Of a stretch of DNA of 64,000 nt, positions 31,181-44,930 are shown in pieces (positions within the stretch are counted from its first letter, which is position 1; every line of letters starts with the position of its first letter). The position numbers and the translations under genes are program-made. Location of the stretch: contig NC_068988.1 of NCBI RefSeq assembly GCF_001194135.2, positions 56,591,429-56,655,428 on the forward strand. The letters are read 5' to 3'. The notes under the pieces were generated by a model. It did no database searches, was not told the origin of the DNA, and saw nothing but the letters and a program-made list of their open reading frames with translations. Origin of the DNA: Octopus bimaculoides (taxonomy: Eukaryota).

Positions 31181-32924
31181 TGTTATAACTTCTTTTGTGA
31201 ACAAAAGAAACCTCGTTAATCAGGTGTTCTTCCAAGGCCAGTCTGTATTCCTATTAAGGATGACTACCAAATACCGCTATTATCCACATCTCCAAAAAGA
31301 AACAAACAAAAAGTATATATTCCCTTTCCTCTACCTCATCCCTTTATTAATGAGAAAATAAAACAGTTTACATCCATGTAATTCTGATTTCTTCTTCACT
31401 AGGATCCCTCACACACGCACTTCTAGGGGAAACTTTCCTTTATGAGAAACATTGGTTTAAAGGACCAGGCTGATTGGCTTCATTATAATATTACATAGTG
31501 TTAAATAATTTTTTTTTTTTTTATCGTTTAAATTTTACTTGCTTTAGTGATTGGACTGCTGTCATGCCGGGGTACCACCTTGAAAGAATTTATCAAACAA
31601 ATTAACACCCCCAAATTATTTTTTTTTTAGGCATGTTATTTATTTTATTGATCTCTTTTGCCAAACTGCTAAGTTACAGGGGACATAAACACTGGTTGGA
31701 TCTGGTATCAGAAAACATTTACCGAAGGTACAATACAGTGGGACTAAACCAGAAGCCCAGTGGTTGCAAAGCAAACTTCTTAACCTCACAACTATGCTTA
31801 TATNNNNNNNNNNNNNNNNNNNNNNNNNNNNNNNNNNNNNNNNNNNNNNNNNNNNNNNNNNNNNNNNNNNNNNNNNNNNNNNNNNNNNNNNNNNNNNNNN
31901 NNNNNNNNNNNNNNNNNNNNNNNNNNNNNNNNNNNNNNNNNNNNNNNNNNNNNNNNNNNNNNNNNNNNNNNNNNNNNNNNNNNNNNNNNNNNNNNNNNNN
32001 NNNNNNNNNNNNNNNNNNNNNNNNNNNNNNNNNNNNNNNNNNNNNNNNNNNNNNNNNNNNNNNNNNNNNNNNNNNNNNNNNNNNNNNNNNNNNNNNNNNN
32101 NNNNNNNNNNNNNNNNNNNNNNNNNNNNNNNNNNNNNNNNNNNNNNNNNNNNNNNNNNNNNNNNNNNNNNNNNNNNNNNNNNNNNNNNNNNNTTTTTTTT
32201 TTTTTTTTTTTTTTTTTTCTTTATTCATTTTCAGGAGCATTAATTAGTCTGTGTAGAATAACGAGTTGTTTGTGCTGAGGCTATTTTTAGCTAGTGTCAC
32301 ATTTTACAACTGGAAACAGTTTAGAAAAAAATTTTAAAAAACAAAGATGCAACATGTTCATATTAAAATAAAACTGATATAATTATTACAAATGCACATT
32401 AATTAATTTTAAATGGTGGTGTTGCTCCAGCTGGCCAGCTTCAATGGTTGAAACAAACTAAAGAACTAACAGCTGTTGTTTTTTTAAACCCTGGGTCAAC
32501 CCTAGATGAGTAGTTTTATGAAATATGAGCTATGACAGTCTTTTATTTTTCAGACACTGTGTACCGAGGGCTACATTTTTCAGTGTGACTTTTTTTGCTT
32601 TGTAGACAAGCAGTGTGTGATTTGAGAGAAATGTAGCTGCTTATTCTAACAGGTCAAGCAACCATCTATTGGCTCTTTCCTCCCTGCTCTGGCCCAGGTT
32701 GTATCAGCTGGTGTACATTTTAAAATTGAAGCCTTAAAACCAGAGTAGTTTTATTAAGGCAGACATGCTAATGATTGTTAGAAAAACACATTGGTAGCTA
32801 TTTGTCATACATTAACACATATTTCTCTCATCAACCCCCTTATTATTTATTTATCATAGTTATTTCCTTAAAAAATTCACTGTTTGAGTAATCTAACATA
32901 AACTTGTTGAACTATAATAATAAT

Positions 32925-34215
32925 CCTTTCTACTAAAGGCACAAGGCCTGAAATTTGGTGGTAGGGGACTACTCAATTACATTGACCCCCAGTGTTTCAC
33001 TGTTACTTAATTTTACCCCGAAAGGATGAAAGGCAAAGTCAACCTCGGTGGAATTTGAACTTAGAACATAGCGATGGGCAAAATACTGCTAAGCTTTTCG
33101 TCCAGCATGCTAAGAGCCTTGCAAGCTCGCCACCTTAATAATGATAATAATAATAATGATAATGATTTCAAATTTTGTGGGGAGAGAGTAAGTTGATTAC
33201 ATGAACCCTGGTGCTCAACTGGTACTTATTTTATCGACCCCTGAAAGGTTGAAAGGCAAAGTCAACCACAGCAGAATTTGAACTCAGAACATAAAGATGG
33301 AAGAAAGGTTGCTAAGCATTTTCTCCATCATGCTAATGATTCTGCCAAGTCACCATCTCATAATAATAATAATAATAATAACAACAACAATAAAGATAAT
33401 GATAACATAATTCATTCTCATTTTGGCTCAAGGCTGGCAGTTTTGAGAGGAGGAGGTAAGTTGTCCTCAGTACGTGACTGGTACTTTGTCATTGAGCCCA
33501 GGAGATGAAAGGCAAAAGTTGACTTTCATGGGATTTCAACTAAGAACATAAAAATCCGAGAAATACTACACAGCATTTTTGTCAGGTGCTGTAATGATTC
33601 TGTCAATCTCATCATTCTTGTTTAGGTACCAATCTTGAGGGGAAAGAAGTTAGTTAATGCCATTAATCCCTGTATTTTATAGATACTTCCATTTTATCAA
33701 GCCCCTGAAAGAATGAAAAGTAAAGGTGACTCTGGCAGGAATTGAACTTGGGATATAAAGAGCCAGAACTAAACATTGCAAGATATTTTGTTCGACAATC
33801 TATCATTTCTGCCAATCTTCCACCCTAATAATAATAATAATAATCCTTTCTACTAAAGAGTTCAAATCCTGTCTAGGTCAACTTGGCCTTCTTTTTTGTG
33901 ATTGATGAAATAAGAACCAGTCAAGTACTGGAGTTGATGCAATCAGCTGCTCCCTTTGCCCCAAATTTCAGGCTTTGTGTCCTTATTAAAAATAGTATTA
34001 TTATTAAGTTGGCAAGCTGGCAGAGTTGTTAGCATGCTAGACAAAATACTTTGTGACATTTCTTCCAGTTTTATGTTCTGAGTTCAAATTCTGTCAAGGT
34101 CAGATTTGCCTTTTATCCTTTCTGGTCAATTAAATTAAGTACCATTTGAGCACTGGGGTTGATGTAATCAACCAGCCCTCTCTCTCTCTCTCATAATTTC
34201 AGGTTTTGTTCCTAT
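32925..34215. mobile_element. Second cluster of about 6 SINE family C copies
   Basis: Same core motif, (AAT)n spacers. Confidence 0.8.
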
Positions 34216-34625
34216 ACTAGAATTATTGTTGTCACCAATTTTGCCATCACTGTCATCATCATCATCATTATCATCATTAATGTCAACACAGTTTATTTCC
34301 TTCTTTACTGCTTGAAATAAATTTATAATTTTTTTTTTTTAAAGAAAATAGAATATTAAAATTTATTTTTGAAATCTCTTCCCACAGAGAATAGAACACT
34401 TCGTAAAAGCAATTTTTTTCATCATTATCATTATTATTATAAAGAAATCATTAATATTATCATCATTATTTATTACTCATTAATTCATTATTATTATTAT
34501 TAATTGGTACTCTTTTATTTTAGTGCCAATTCTTGTTATTTTCTGCTGTTTCTTGACTTGCTGTGATGCACTTACATGTAAACAAAAAATAAATAATTAA
34601 ATAAATAAAAAACATTATATCAAAG

Positions 34626-34628
<3 letters not shown>

Positions 34629-34720
<92 letters not shown>
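34629..34720. repeat. (TG)n microsatellite of about 40 units
   Basis: Seen directly. Confidence 0.97.
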
Positions 34721-34722
<2 letters not shown>

Positions 34723-35015
34723 TTCCATTTTGTATGATATGATGTTGGTATACACTGACTTTGGTCTGCGATTGAAAGAAGGCTGGTAGAAACTATGAAT
34801 GAAGCTGCTGATTCCAAGCATCTCTCTGTCTATCCACACTGATACTGATACTGCAGCAGCTGTAGACCAAGATACACTTGTACAGAAATATCAGCATGTC
34901 TGTGATTGATATTTTTATGTAAGATTTTGTTCTAAAAAGGTAATAAATTATGTGAAAAGTTTCCCCCCATCTATTTGTTTTGTTGTTTGTTTTTCGTTTT
35001 ATATTCTAACTTCCA

Positions 35016-35407
35016 GTGGAGGCGCAATAGCCCAGTGGTTAGGGTAGCGGACTCGCGGTCATAGGATCGCGGTTTCGATTCCCAGACCTGGCGTTGTGAG
35101 TGTTTATTGAGCGAAAACACCTAAGGCTCCACGAGGCTCCAGCAGGGGATGGTGGCGAACCCTGCTGTACTCTTCCACCACAACTTTCTCTCGCTCTTAC
35201 TTCCTGTTTCTGTTGTGCCTGTAATTCAAAGGGTCAGCCTTGTCACACTGTGTCACGCTGAATATCCCCGAGAACTACGTTAAGGGTACGCGTTTCTGTG
35301 GAGTGCTCAGCTACATGCACATTAATTTCACAAGCAGGCTGTTCTGTTGATCAGATCAACTGGAACCCTCGACGTCGTAAGCGACGGAGTGCCAACAAAA
35401 CCAAAAA
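35016..35407 (+). mobile_element. SINE family D, full length with 13-bp TSD
   Basis: attctaacttcca at 35003-35015 and 35408-35420; high identity to 15291-15673. Confidence 0.92.
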
Positions 35408-37124
35408 ATTCTAACTTCCATTTTTAAAAGTTAAAAACAATCATCATCATCATTGTCATTATCTGTTTTCCATGCTGGCATGGGTTGGATGGTTTCATAG
35501 GACTCAGTGAGTCACAGGACTACACCAAGCTCCAATGTCTGCTTTGGCATTGTTTCTATGGTTGGATGCCCTTCCTAACACCAACCACTTTACAGTGTGT
35601 ATCATATGCTTTTTTTCAGTGCCACCAGTACTAATAAAACCACCAAGTAACTTGCAAAACAGGAAAACTAAGTGAGGAAGGGTATTTGAGAGGGGGAGGT
35701 GACTTTATACCAGAGGCTAAAGTATGATACAGGGACAAGAAGAGGTGTCTTGCTATAGAGAAGATACCTGGCTACTCTACATTATATAAGAGTTGGTGGG
35801 AGTAGCTGGGAAGAAGATAGAATGGTAGTGAAGGGATACCAGAGGAAACTCTCAAGGTGCAAGAAGGTGATCATAAGAGGGGATATAGACTGGTTTAACC
35901 TTTTACCATTTAAACTGACCATATCTGGTTCAAATATTCCACCTGTTCTATGTTGAAATTGGCCAAATCCTACCTCTTACTCCTACCCTACAATGTCTTT
36001 CTAGAAAGAAACAATCACATTCTCAAAATCTCAAAGCCATGAGTTATTTTTTTATTCTTTTACTTGCTTCAGTCATTTGATTGCAGTCATGCTGGAGCAC
36101 TGCTTTAAAGAATTTTAGTCGCAGAAATCGTCCCCCCCACCACCACCAGGACTTATTCTTTGTAAGCCCAATACTTATTCTATCAGTCTCTTTGGCGAAA
36201 CTGCTAAGCTATAGGGACATAAACACACCAGCATCGGTTCTCAAGTGATGATGGGGGGACAAACACAGATACAAAGATAAACACACTATATATATATATA
36301 TAGTAAATCAAAATAAACGAAGCACAAACACAAAAAAAAACAATGTGAGGATGTGGTACATGTAAAGTATTAGCAGCTGCTCAGGGAAGGAATGAAAGAT
36401 GGTTTAAAATTTCGAGCAGAACTCTTCTTCAGAAACAGAGGAAAGTACAATAGAAAAGGAAGACGGAGGAAAAAAATTGCCAACAATTCACATGTGGTTA
36501 CATTTTGAAATGTGTGTGTGTATGTATGTATATATATATATATATGGTGGGTTTCTTTCATTTTCTGTCTACCAAATCCATGCACAAGGCTTTGGTTGGC
36601 ATGAGGCTACAGTAGGTGCCATGCAGTGGGACTGAAACCTGAACCATGTGGTTGGGAAGCAAGCTTCTTTCCACACAGCCACACCCACACTGATGATAAT
36701 GTATGATAAATTCAAAACAATGTGAAGTAAGTATTACATTTGACAGAATAATCTGAATGCTAAAGGGTTAAGAGTTTTAAAATGTAATTTAAAAAAACAT
36801 GAACTAACAGCAATAACAATCTTTACCACTTCTAGAGTGGTCTTTGTTCTTTGGATTTGGCTGGGCACATGTCACCTTCACTCAGGCACTTCTGTCTTAC
36901 TCATCACATTAAAGGATGATGATGATGAAAGATACCAAAATACAACATGAAAAGTCTTAACCTTTTCATAAGCTGTATTAGGCCAGATAGTGTTACATGA
37001 CAAGCATGGATAACAGTTGTGCATTATGTCCATGTTAGGCCATATGAATTGCATTAAAAGTCAAGGTTGTGTTAAACCAATGAATTTTTGTACGACAGTA
37101 TGAATAACATTATACATATATATG

Positions 37125-37164
<40 letters not shown>

Positions 37165-40100
37165 GCAATGTATATAATATATAAATGATGGCCGCAAACT
37201 CATGTTCAAATATTGCCATCACCTGATCAAAAGTCGCACATATGCAAAGACTACAACCAGCCATTTTTGTGATAGGTCTTACTTTTTCTTTTTCAAGCGA
37301 CACCTGTGCATGATGATTTTTTTATAGTGGGAAAAAAATTTGCACAAATCCAACTCCACTCTCTGAACACAGACAACATCATAAACTCTAAAGAAGAACT
37401 AGTTTACATCATCAAATATTGTCAGTGTTGCAGGTTTTCTGTCAGAGTTTGCCTCTCCTAAAGAGATGTTGTAAGAACAACAGAGGAGCCTCCCAGTGGA
37501 TCAGCCGTGCACCTGGACACCAACCCAGGTATTTCCACGTCAACATGCATACATACACATGTATACATGTTGTTGGATGGCCGTTGCCTGCTAATGAGTT
37601 CTTCTGCCCTTTGACAGGTCTTATTTTTCATCCTGCAGGGTGTCCAACAATATATGTGTGTGTATATCATCCTCATCGGTCACATGGAATTTGTTGAGGC
37701 AGATTTTCTACAGCTGGATGCCTTTCCTGTCACTAACCTTCACCTGCTCCAAGTATGGTAATATTTTGCTATGGCCAGAAAATTTGTTCACAAAATATTG
37801 GAAAAAAAAGAATGCTACTTGCATGATGGTGATACTTGTTTTGTGACTAACATGATGTCAAGGTAAAGACACAGCAACACAAACACACACACACGAGCAA
37901 GAGAATATGTACCAGGCTTTTAAAAAAATGGTATTGGAGTTGATTTGATCCACTAAAACCCTTTCTTGGTGATGTTCCAGCATGACCGCAGTCCAGTGAC
38001 ATAAACAAGTAAAAGGAAAAGAAATCGAGTAGAAATATTTTGGTTACTCTTCCAAAAAAATCTTCCTTTGGCATTGAGGACAACATTATTATCATCTGGA
38101 AGATCCTTGTGTGTAATCTGAAGGAGATTTAAGTGTCATTTCTAGCAAGTCGACTATCCACATCAGACTTGCTCAGTGGCTCGTTGTAGCCGAACCTGTT
38201 CTCTTTTACCAAATCTTTCATTACAGGAGTTATATCTCTTATATAGAGGGAGGTAACTCTTATTACAAACCATATATTTCTTCATGTAATTCTGTTGTGC
38301 TTGGGAGAGTCATTTTCTTTTTGTGCCTTATAATTTCACACACTTCGTAAATTATTTTGAAGACAAATACGTTTTGAAAAAGTTATATGATTAAAAAATT
38401 CCATTCATATCTGTCCTGTCTTTAACACAGTTTATCTAAAATTTAATGGATCGTAATGCTTTTTCACGTAATAGAGCAGCAGTTGCCATCCTTTTTACTT
38501 AGAAGAGTCACTTTATCTCAATGAATTTACCCACGGACTTTTCAAGGACCTGTCAACTCAACAAGTCAATTTTATTAACTATAACAATTTATTTTCTTCT
38601 TTCAACCGAAAGATGCCTGGGTGGCTGCATTGTAAGAAGATTGCTTCGTACGTGCTACCTTGGGTAAGTGTTTACTGTGGTCCCAAGCCGACAAAAGCTT
38701 TGTGAGTGGATTCGAAAAACGGAAAAGTGAAAAGAGACCCGTCATACATACATACATACATACATACATACACACACAGACACACATACACATACATGCA
38801 TATACACAGGTAAGCACATAAGTGCAAAATAAGGTGAAAAAAATAGTACACGAATACTAAAGAGTAATATGCTTTTATTAAAGCAGTAAATTATCACAAA
38901 ATTCTTACTCAGAGTCACACGTTTCCGTTCAGCAGACAGTTGTGATGAAAACTTTTCATTACAACTGTCCGACAAAAGGGAACATGAAACTCCAAGTAAC
39001 AGTTTTGTGATAAATTTTCAGCTTTAATAAAAAGTATGTATGTATGTATGTATATGTATATATATATATATATACATATTATTATTATTATTATNNNNNN
39101 NNNNNNNNNNNNNNNNNNNNNNNNNNNNNNNNNNNNNNNNNNNNNNNNNNNNNNNNNNNNNNNNNNNNNNNNNNNNNNNNNNNNNNNNNNNNNNNNNNNN
39201 NNNNNNNNNNNNNNNNNNNNNNNNNNNNNNNNNNNNNNNNNNNNNNNATATGGCACCGTTTTTACAATCCTGTAAATAATAAAAAATGATATTTTTATAT
39301 TTACAGGATATATATATATATATACATATTATTATTATTATTATTATTATATCATATTATATATGTGTGTATTTGTTCCCCACCACTCCTGGACAAATGG
39401 TGTTAATTTGTTTATGTCCCTGTGACTTAGCGGTTCAGAAAAATAGATTGATAGAATAAATACCAGGCTTAGTAAAATGTAAGTGATGAGTTCAACTCAT
39501 TTAACTAAAACCCCACAAGGTGGTGCTCCATCATGGCTGCAGTCCAATGACTGAAACGAATATAAGATAAAAGAAAGATGATTAACAGAGTAATTATACC
39601 TTTTACGCAGCAGTCTTTTTTAAAGTTTTGAACACAGATCATGGACTTCCAATACTAACTGTGAACCCACAGGGATTCACAGAGCCCAGTAAGGAAACCA
39701 CTGCAATAGAATGTGATTTGGGGAAGATTTAGTTGTTATTTCTAACTGAACAAGCATCTGTTTTGGAGTTCCCTCATTGAAATATGAAAGAATTAGTGTC
39801 ATTGAGAATCGATAATTGCTTTATTCCCAGGTTTCCATCAGAAAGAACATTCCAATCTTTTTTCTGAGTTGAAGGGAAAAAAGACTTTGTTCAAAATGCC
39901 AGAAATTTCTTTTCACAACACTTTACTGAGTTCAATTCTTTTACCTTCATACGCACACAAACACACACACGCACACAAACACACACACAAACATACACAC
40001 ACACAAATACATACACATGCACGCATGCAAAAACACACAGATACACTGCAGAGATCACTGTAGAGTTTTTAGTCGAATGAATTGACCCCAATACTTATAA

Positions 40101-40526
40101 ATTTTTAAACCTTGTACTTATTTTATGAATAAATTTTAAATTAGAATTACAACAGAATAAGTACCAGACATTTAAAAAAGTAATCTTGGTTCAGTTTCTT
40201 CAAAGCAGTGCTCCAACATGACCACAGTCTTTTAACAGAAACAGATAAAAGAGTAAGAGAATAAAAAATTGACACTATAATTTTTAATATATAAAATAAA
40301 TTTTCTTATAAGATATTTTAAAAAAATTGTTAGCATACCATATTTACCCAAATGCAATGCAATCTGAAGTGAAATGCAACACTACCAATTTTGTATCTAA
40401 ATATCAGTAATCTATTTTTATCCTTTCGTCTTTTGTTTATACAATGAATATGAAGCTACACTCCAACTTGGACTCCCGCGTTTTGTCTTAAATTTCTTCT
40501 GTTATACACACATTGTGTGTGTGTGT

Positions 40527-40760
40527 GTGGAGGTGCATGGCTTAGTGGTTAGGATGTTGGACTCATGACTGTAAGATTGTGGTTTCGATTCCTGGACTTG
40601 AGCAAAACACTTCATTTCACGTTACTCAAGTCCACTCAGCTGGCAAAAACGAGTAATCCTGTGATGGAACGACATCCCATCCAGGTGAGGGAATATATAT
40701 ATGCTATGAAACTGGGAAACCAGCCCTTATGAGTCAGTATGACTTGAGAAGTTACCTTTA
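40527..40760 (+). mobile_element. tRNA-derived SINE, family E
   Basis: tggcttagtgg A-box and ggtttcgattcc B-box; antisense relative at 50480-50690. Confidence 0.7.
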
Positions 40761-41564
40761 CCATATCTTATGTGTGCATGTATACATGTGTGAATATTAT
40801 TTTTTTTATTATTAATCAGCAGAAGTTACAGAGTGACTCAAGAGCCAAGACTTTCATGCAATGGAATTAATCAGTTAATAAAATAAGCATCTGTGTATCA
40901 TACTTAATATATACACACTCTCAATAGACCAGTTACAGCAGTATTTGTCCTGATATTCACAACACTGGTAAATTATTCACTTTTTTCTATATCAGAGATG
41001 ACAAACTCTCATCTGCACATGTGGCTGAATTGTGAGTATGCACCATTGAAAAGAGCCAAAAAAGGCCAAATTGCATCTGGTGTTCTTGCTTGCCACTGCT
41101 GGGACAAGTTTTCATCTCTCTTTCTCTAATATTTATTATGCTTTTTAGCACAGCAATTTCATAACATGTTGTCTCAATACAAATACTGCAGTAATTGGCC
41201 TGTTGATGGTGTGTATACATTCAATATGATACATAAGTGACTATTTTAATTAAATACTGCTTCAGTTGCATACACTGGATTTTTATTCAGCCAAGCAGCC
41301 CTTTGCAACATCAGTGAATGTTTTAATCTTTTTTCCTATATTAAGGATAACAACTTCTTGTCCAAGCACATGGTTGACTGTAAGTATATGCCACTATAAA
41401 GGCCTGAAAAGTCCAAATTGCATCTGACACTTTTGCTGGCCACTGTTGGAATGAACTGTCATATCTCTCTGATATCGTTTTTACCTCAGCAGTCCATAAG
41501 AGACATTACTTCAGGACAAATACTGAAGTAACTGGCCAATTGATGGTGTGTAATTTCTTTATTT

Positions 41565-41765
41565 TTCTTTTATTTGTTTCAGTCATTTATTTGACTGCGG
41601 CCATTCTGGAGCACCGCCTTTAGTTGAACAAATCAACCCCAGTACTTATTCTAATGGTATCTTTTGCTGAACTGCTTAGTTACGGGGATGCGAACACACC
41701 AACATCAGTTGTCAAGTGATGGCGGGGGGACAAACACAGACACACAAACACACACACACACACAT

Positions 41766-41805
<40 letters not shown>

Positions 41806-41806
41806 G

Positions 41807-41847
<41 letters not shown>

Positions 41848-42006
41848 GGCTTCTTTCAGTTTCCGTCTACCAAATCCACTCACAAGACTTTGGTCGGCCT
41901 GAAGCTATAGTTAAAGACACTTGCCCAAGGTGTCACGCAGTGTGACTGAACCTGGAACCATGTGGTTGGTAAGCAAGCTACTTACCACACAGCCACTCCT
42001 GCGCCT
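41565..42006 (-). mobile_element. SINE family A, near full length, with internal (CA)/(TA) microsatellite
   Basis: Minus-strand head aggcgcaggagtggctgtgtggtaag...ggttcagtc. Confidence 0.9.
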
Positions 42007-42114
42007 ATATTAAGTATGATACATAGAAGGAAAAAAATAGGAAAATGTTCTTTTATATGAGGTGTCTCAAATGAAAATGTGGTTATAAATAATTGCTTAT
42101 AAGAAATAGGGTAA

Positions 42115-42350
42115 AAAGGTGGCGAGCTGGCAGAATTGTTAGCACACCGGGCGAAATGCTTAGCGGTATTTCGTCTACCGTTACGTTCTGAGTTCAAATT
42201 CCGTCAAGGTCGACTTTGCCTTTCATCTTTTCGGGTCGATAAATTAAGTACCAGTTACGCACTGGGGTCGATGTAATCGACTTAATCTCTTTGTCTGTCC
42301 TTGTTTGTCCCCTCTATGTTTAGCCTCTTGTGGGCAATAAAGAAATAAGA
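42115..42350 (+). mobile_element. SINE family C, well-preserved copy
   Basis: ggcgagctggcagaa...gagttcaaattcc...gtcgactttgcctttcatc...gtcgataaattaagtacc. Confidence 0.85.
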
Positions 42351-44350
42351 AATAGGGTAAAAAAACCTTTGGTCAGAAAAAGTGAACAGCCAACTGTGGA
42401 ACTCAAACCATGCTACAATCTGTAAAATTAGATTTTACAGATTCAAATTAATACATTTCTAAAGCAGAGTCTATTTGATATTTATTAATCCACTTAAAAT
42501 CCTACACGCCTTCACTCAGGGTCTGTTTATTCAATTCATGCATATTGCATGATATTACACAGTATTCCTGGATTTCTGGAAGCCAGATCAGCAGGTCCAG
42601 TACTATAACAAGCATTCAAAGTTAGAAGCATTCAAAAATAAGTAGAAGCATTCAAATATGTATAAGTTTCTTTTATGAAGTATCTCAAATGTAAATGTAA
42701 CTATAAACAATAGCTCATATGACATTGGATGGAAAAAAAGACCTATTATTATGTCACTGGCCTTTGAAATGTCAATACTAATCTCTGTGAGAAATGATCA
42801 ATGATTAATTTACATATTGCATTGTGACATTGTTTTACTGTGCTGACATTGTGAAATCCACTTCACGTATATTGTGCCAAACAAACTTTTCAGATATTTC
42901 ATGTTAATAAACAATGACTGTCATACCTAGATGTCGTTTCAATGGACATAGTTCTCATTCGTCCTAACATGCAAAAACACTGTAGAACAACTACTGACAC
43001 TGTTTAAATATTTTCACTGTGAACATTAGTTATCTATTTCATTGATTCCTATTTATTCTTTTTACTCATTATACAGTTTTAAAACAAGTAAAACTATTTG
43101 AACAAAACCGACTTTAAACATAAAGGGGGCTTACAATGGAGGGATATCTTTTTTATTTTTCATCTTTCATTTTTTTGCTTGGTTCAGTCATTTGATTGCT
43201 GCCATGCTGGGGCACAGTCTTGAAGGGCTTAGCTGAATAAATCAGCCCCAGTACTTATGTTTAAGATTGATACTTATTTCATCAGAGTCTTTTATCAAAC
43301 CACTAAGTTATGGAGACTTAAACAAACCAATGCCAGTTGTCAAGCAGTGTTGGAGAACAAATGTATCATTAACATAAAGACGTACATATATATATATATA
43401 TANNNNNNNNNNNNNNNNNNNNNNNNNNNNNNNNNNNNNNNNNNNNNNNNNNNNNNNNNNNNNNNNNNNNNNNNNNNNNNNNNNNNNNNNNNNNNNNNNN
43501 NNNNNNNNNNNNNNNNNNNNNNNNNNNNNNNNNNNNNNNNNNNNNNNNNNNNNNNNNNNNNNNNNNNNNNNNNNNNNNNNNNNNNNNNNNNNNNNNNNNN
43601 NNNNNNNNNNNNNNNNNNNNNNNNNNNNNNNNNNNNNNNNNNNNNNNNNNNNNNNNNNNNNNNNNNNNNNNNNNNNNNNNNNNNNNNNNNNNNNNNNNNN
43701 NNNNNNNNNNNNNNNNNNNNNNNNNNNNNNNNNNNNNNNNNNNNNNNNNNNNNNNNNNNNNNNNNNNNNNNNNNNNNNNNNNNNNNNNNNNNNNNNNNNN
43801 NNNNNNNNNNNNNNNNNNNNNNNNNNNNNNNNNNNNNNNNNNNNNNNNNNNNNNNNNNNNNNNNNNNNNNNNNNNNNNNNNNNNNNNNNNNNNNNNNNNN
43901 NNNNNNNNNNNNNNNNNNNNNAATTTTCATGGGAGTTATGGCCGTTATGCATAGAATATAATTTCCAAATTTCATAAAGATCCGTTCAGTACTTTTGGAT
44001 AAGAAAACAAATGACTAATGTGTGTGTTTATGTGCATGTGTATGATGGGTGTATATATGTATAGATATTTGTATGCATGTATATATATGTATATATGTGT
44101 ACATATTACATGTACATCTATATATATACATCTACACATATGTATACATATACATGTATGCATATAGATCTATATCTATATATATATCTATGCATATACG
44201 TGTACATATACATGTATATGTATACATATACATCTCTCTCTTTCTCTCTTTGTCTCTCTCTCTGAAAGTATCTGTCATTATAGTATCGAATGTGATTGTT
44301 TCAGTTAGTGGAATAACGTGTACATATACATCTATATGTATACATATACA

Positions 44351-44397
<47 letters not shown>

Positions 44398-44584
44398 GAA
44401 AGTATCTGTCATTACGGTATCGAAATGTGATTGTTTCAGTTAGTAGAATAGTTTCATTTTTAAAGTGAAAGTATTTGACATGAGTGTTTTTGTTTCACTT
44501 TTGACACGTAATANNNNNNNNNNGCAGGTAGGAGAGCTTGGTACAGTCCTCTGGCTTACCAGATCCTGTCAAGCCATCCAACCC

Positions 44585-44930
44585 ATGCTGGAGCACCGCC
44601 TTTAGTCGAGCAAATCGGACCCAGGACTTATTCTTTGTGAGCCTAGTACTTATTCTATCGGTCTCTTTTGCCAAACCGCTAAGTTACAGGGACGTAAACA
44701 CACCAGCATCGGTTGTCAAGCGATGTTGGGAAGACAAACACAGACACATACACTTATATACATATATACGCCGGGCTTCTTTCAGTTTCCGTCTACCAAA
44801 TCCACTCACAAGGCTTTGGTCAGGCCGAGGCTATAGTAGAAGACACTTGCCCAAGGTGCCCCGCAGTGGGACTGAACCCGGAACCATGTGGTTGGTAAGC
44901 AAGCTACTTACCATTCAGCCACTTCTGCTC
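44585..44930 (-). mobile_element. SINE family A copy
   Basis: Family signature. Confidence 0.88.
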
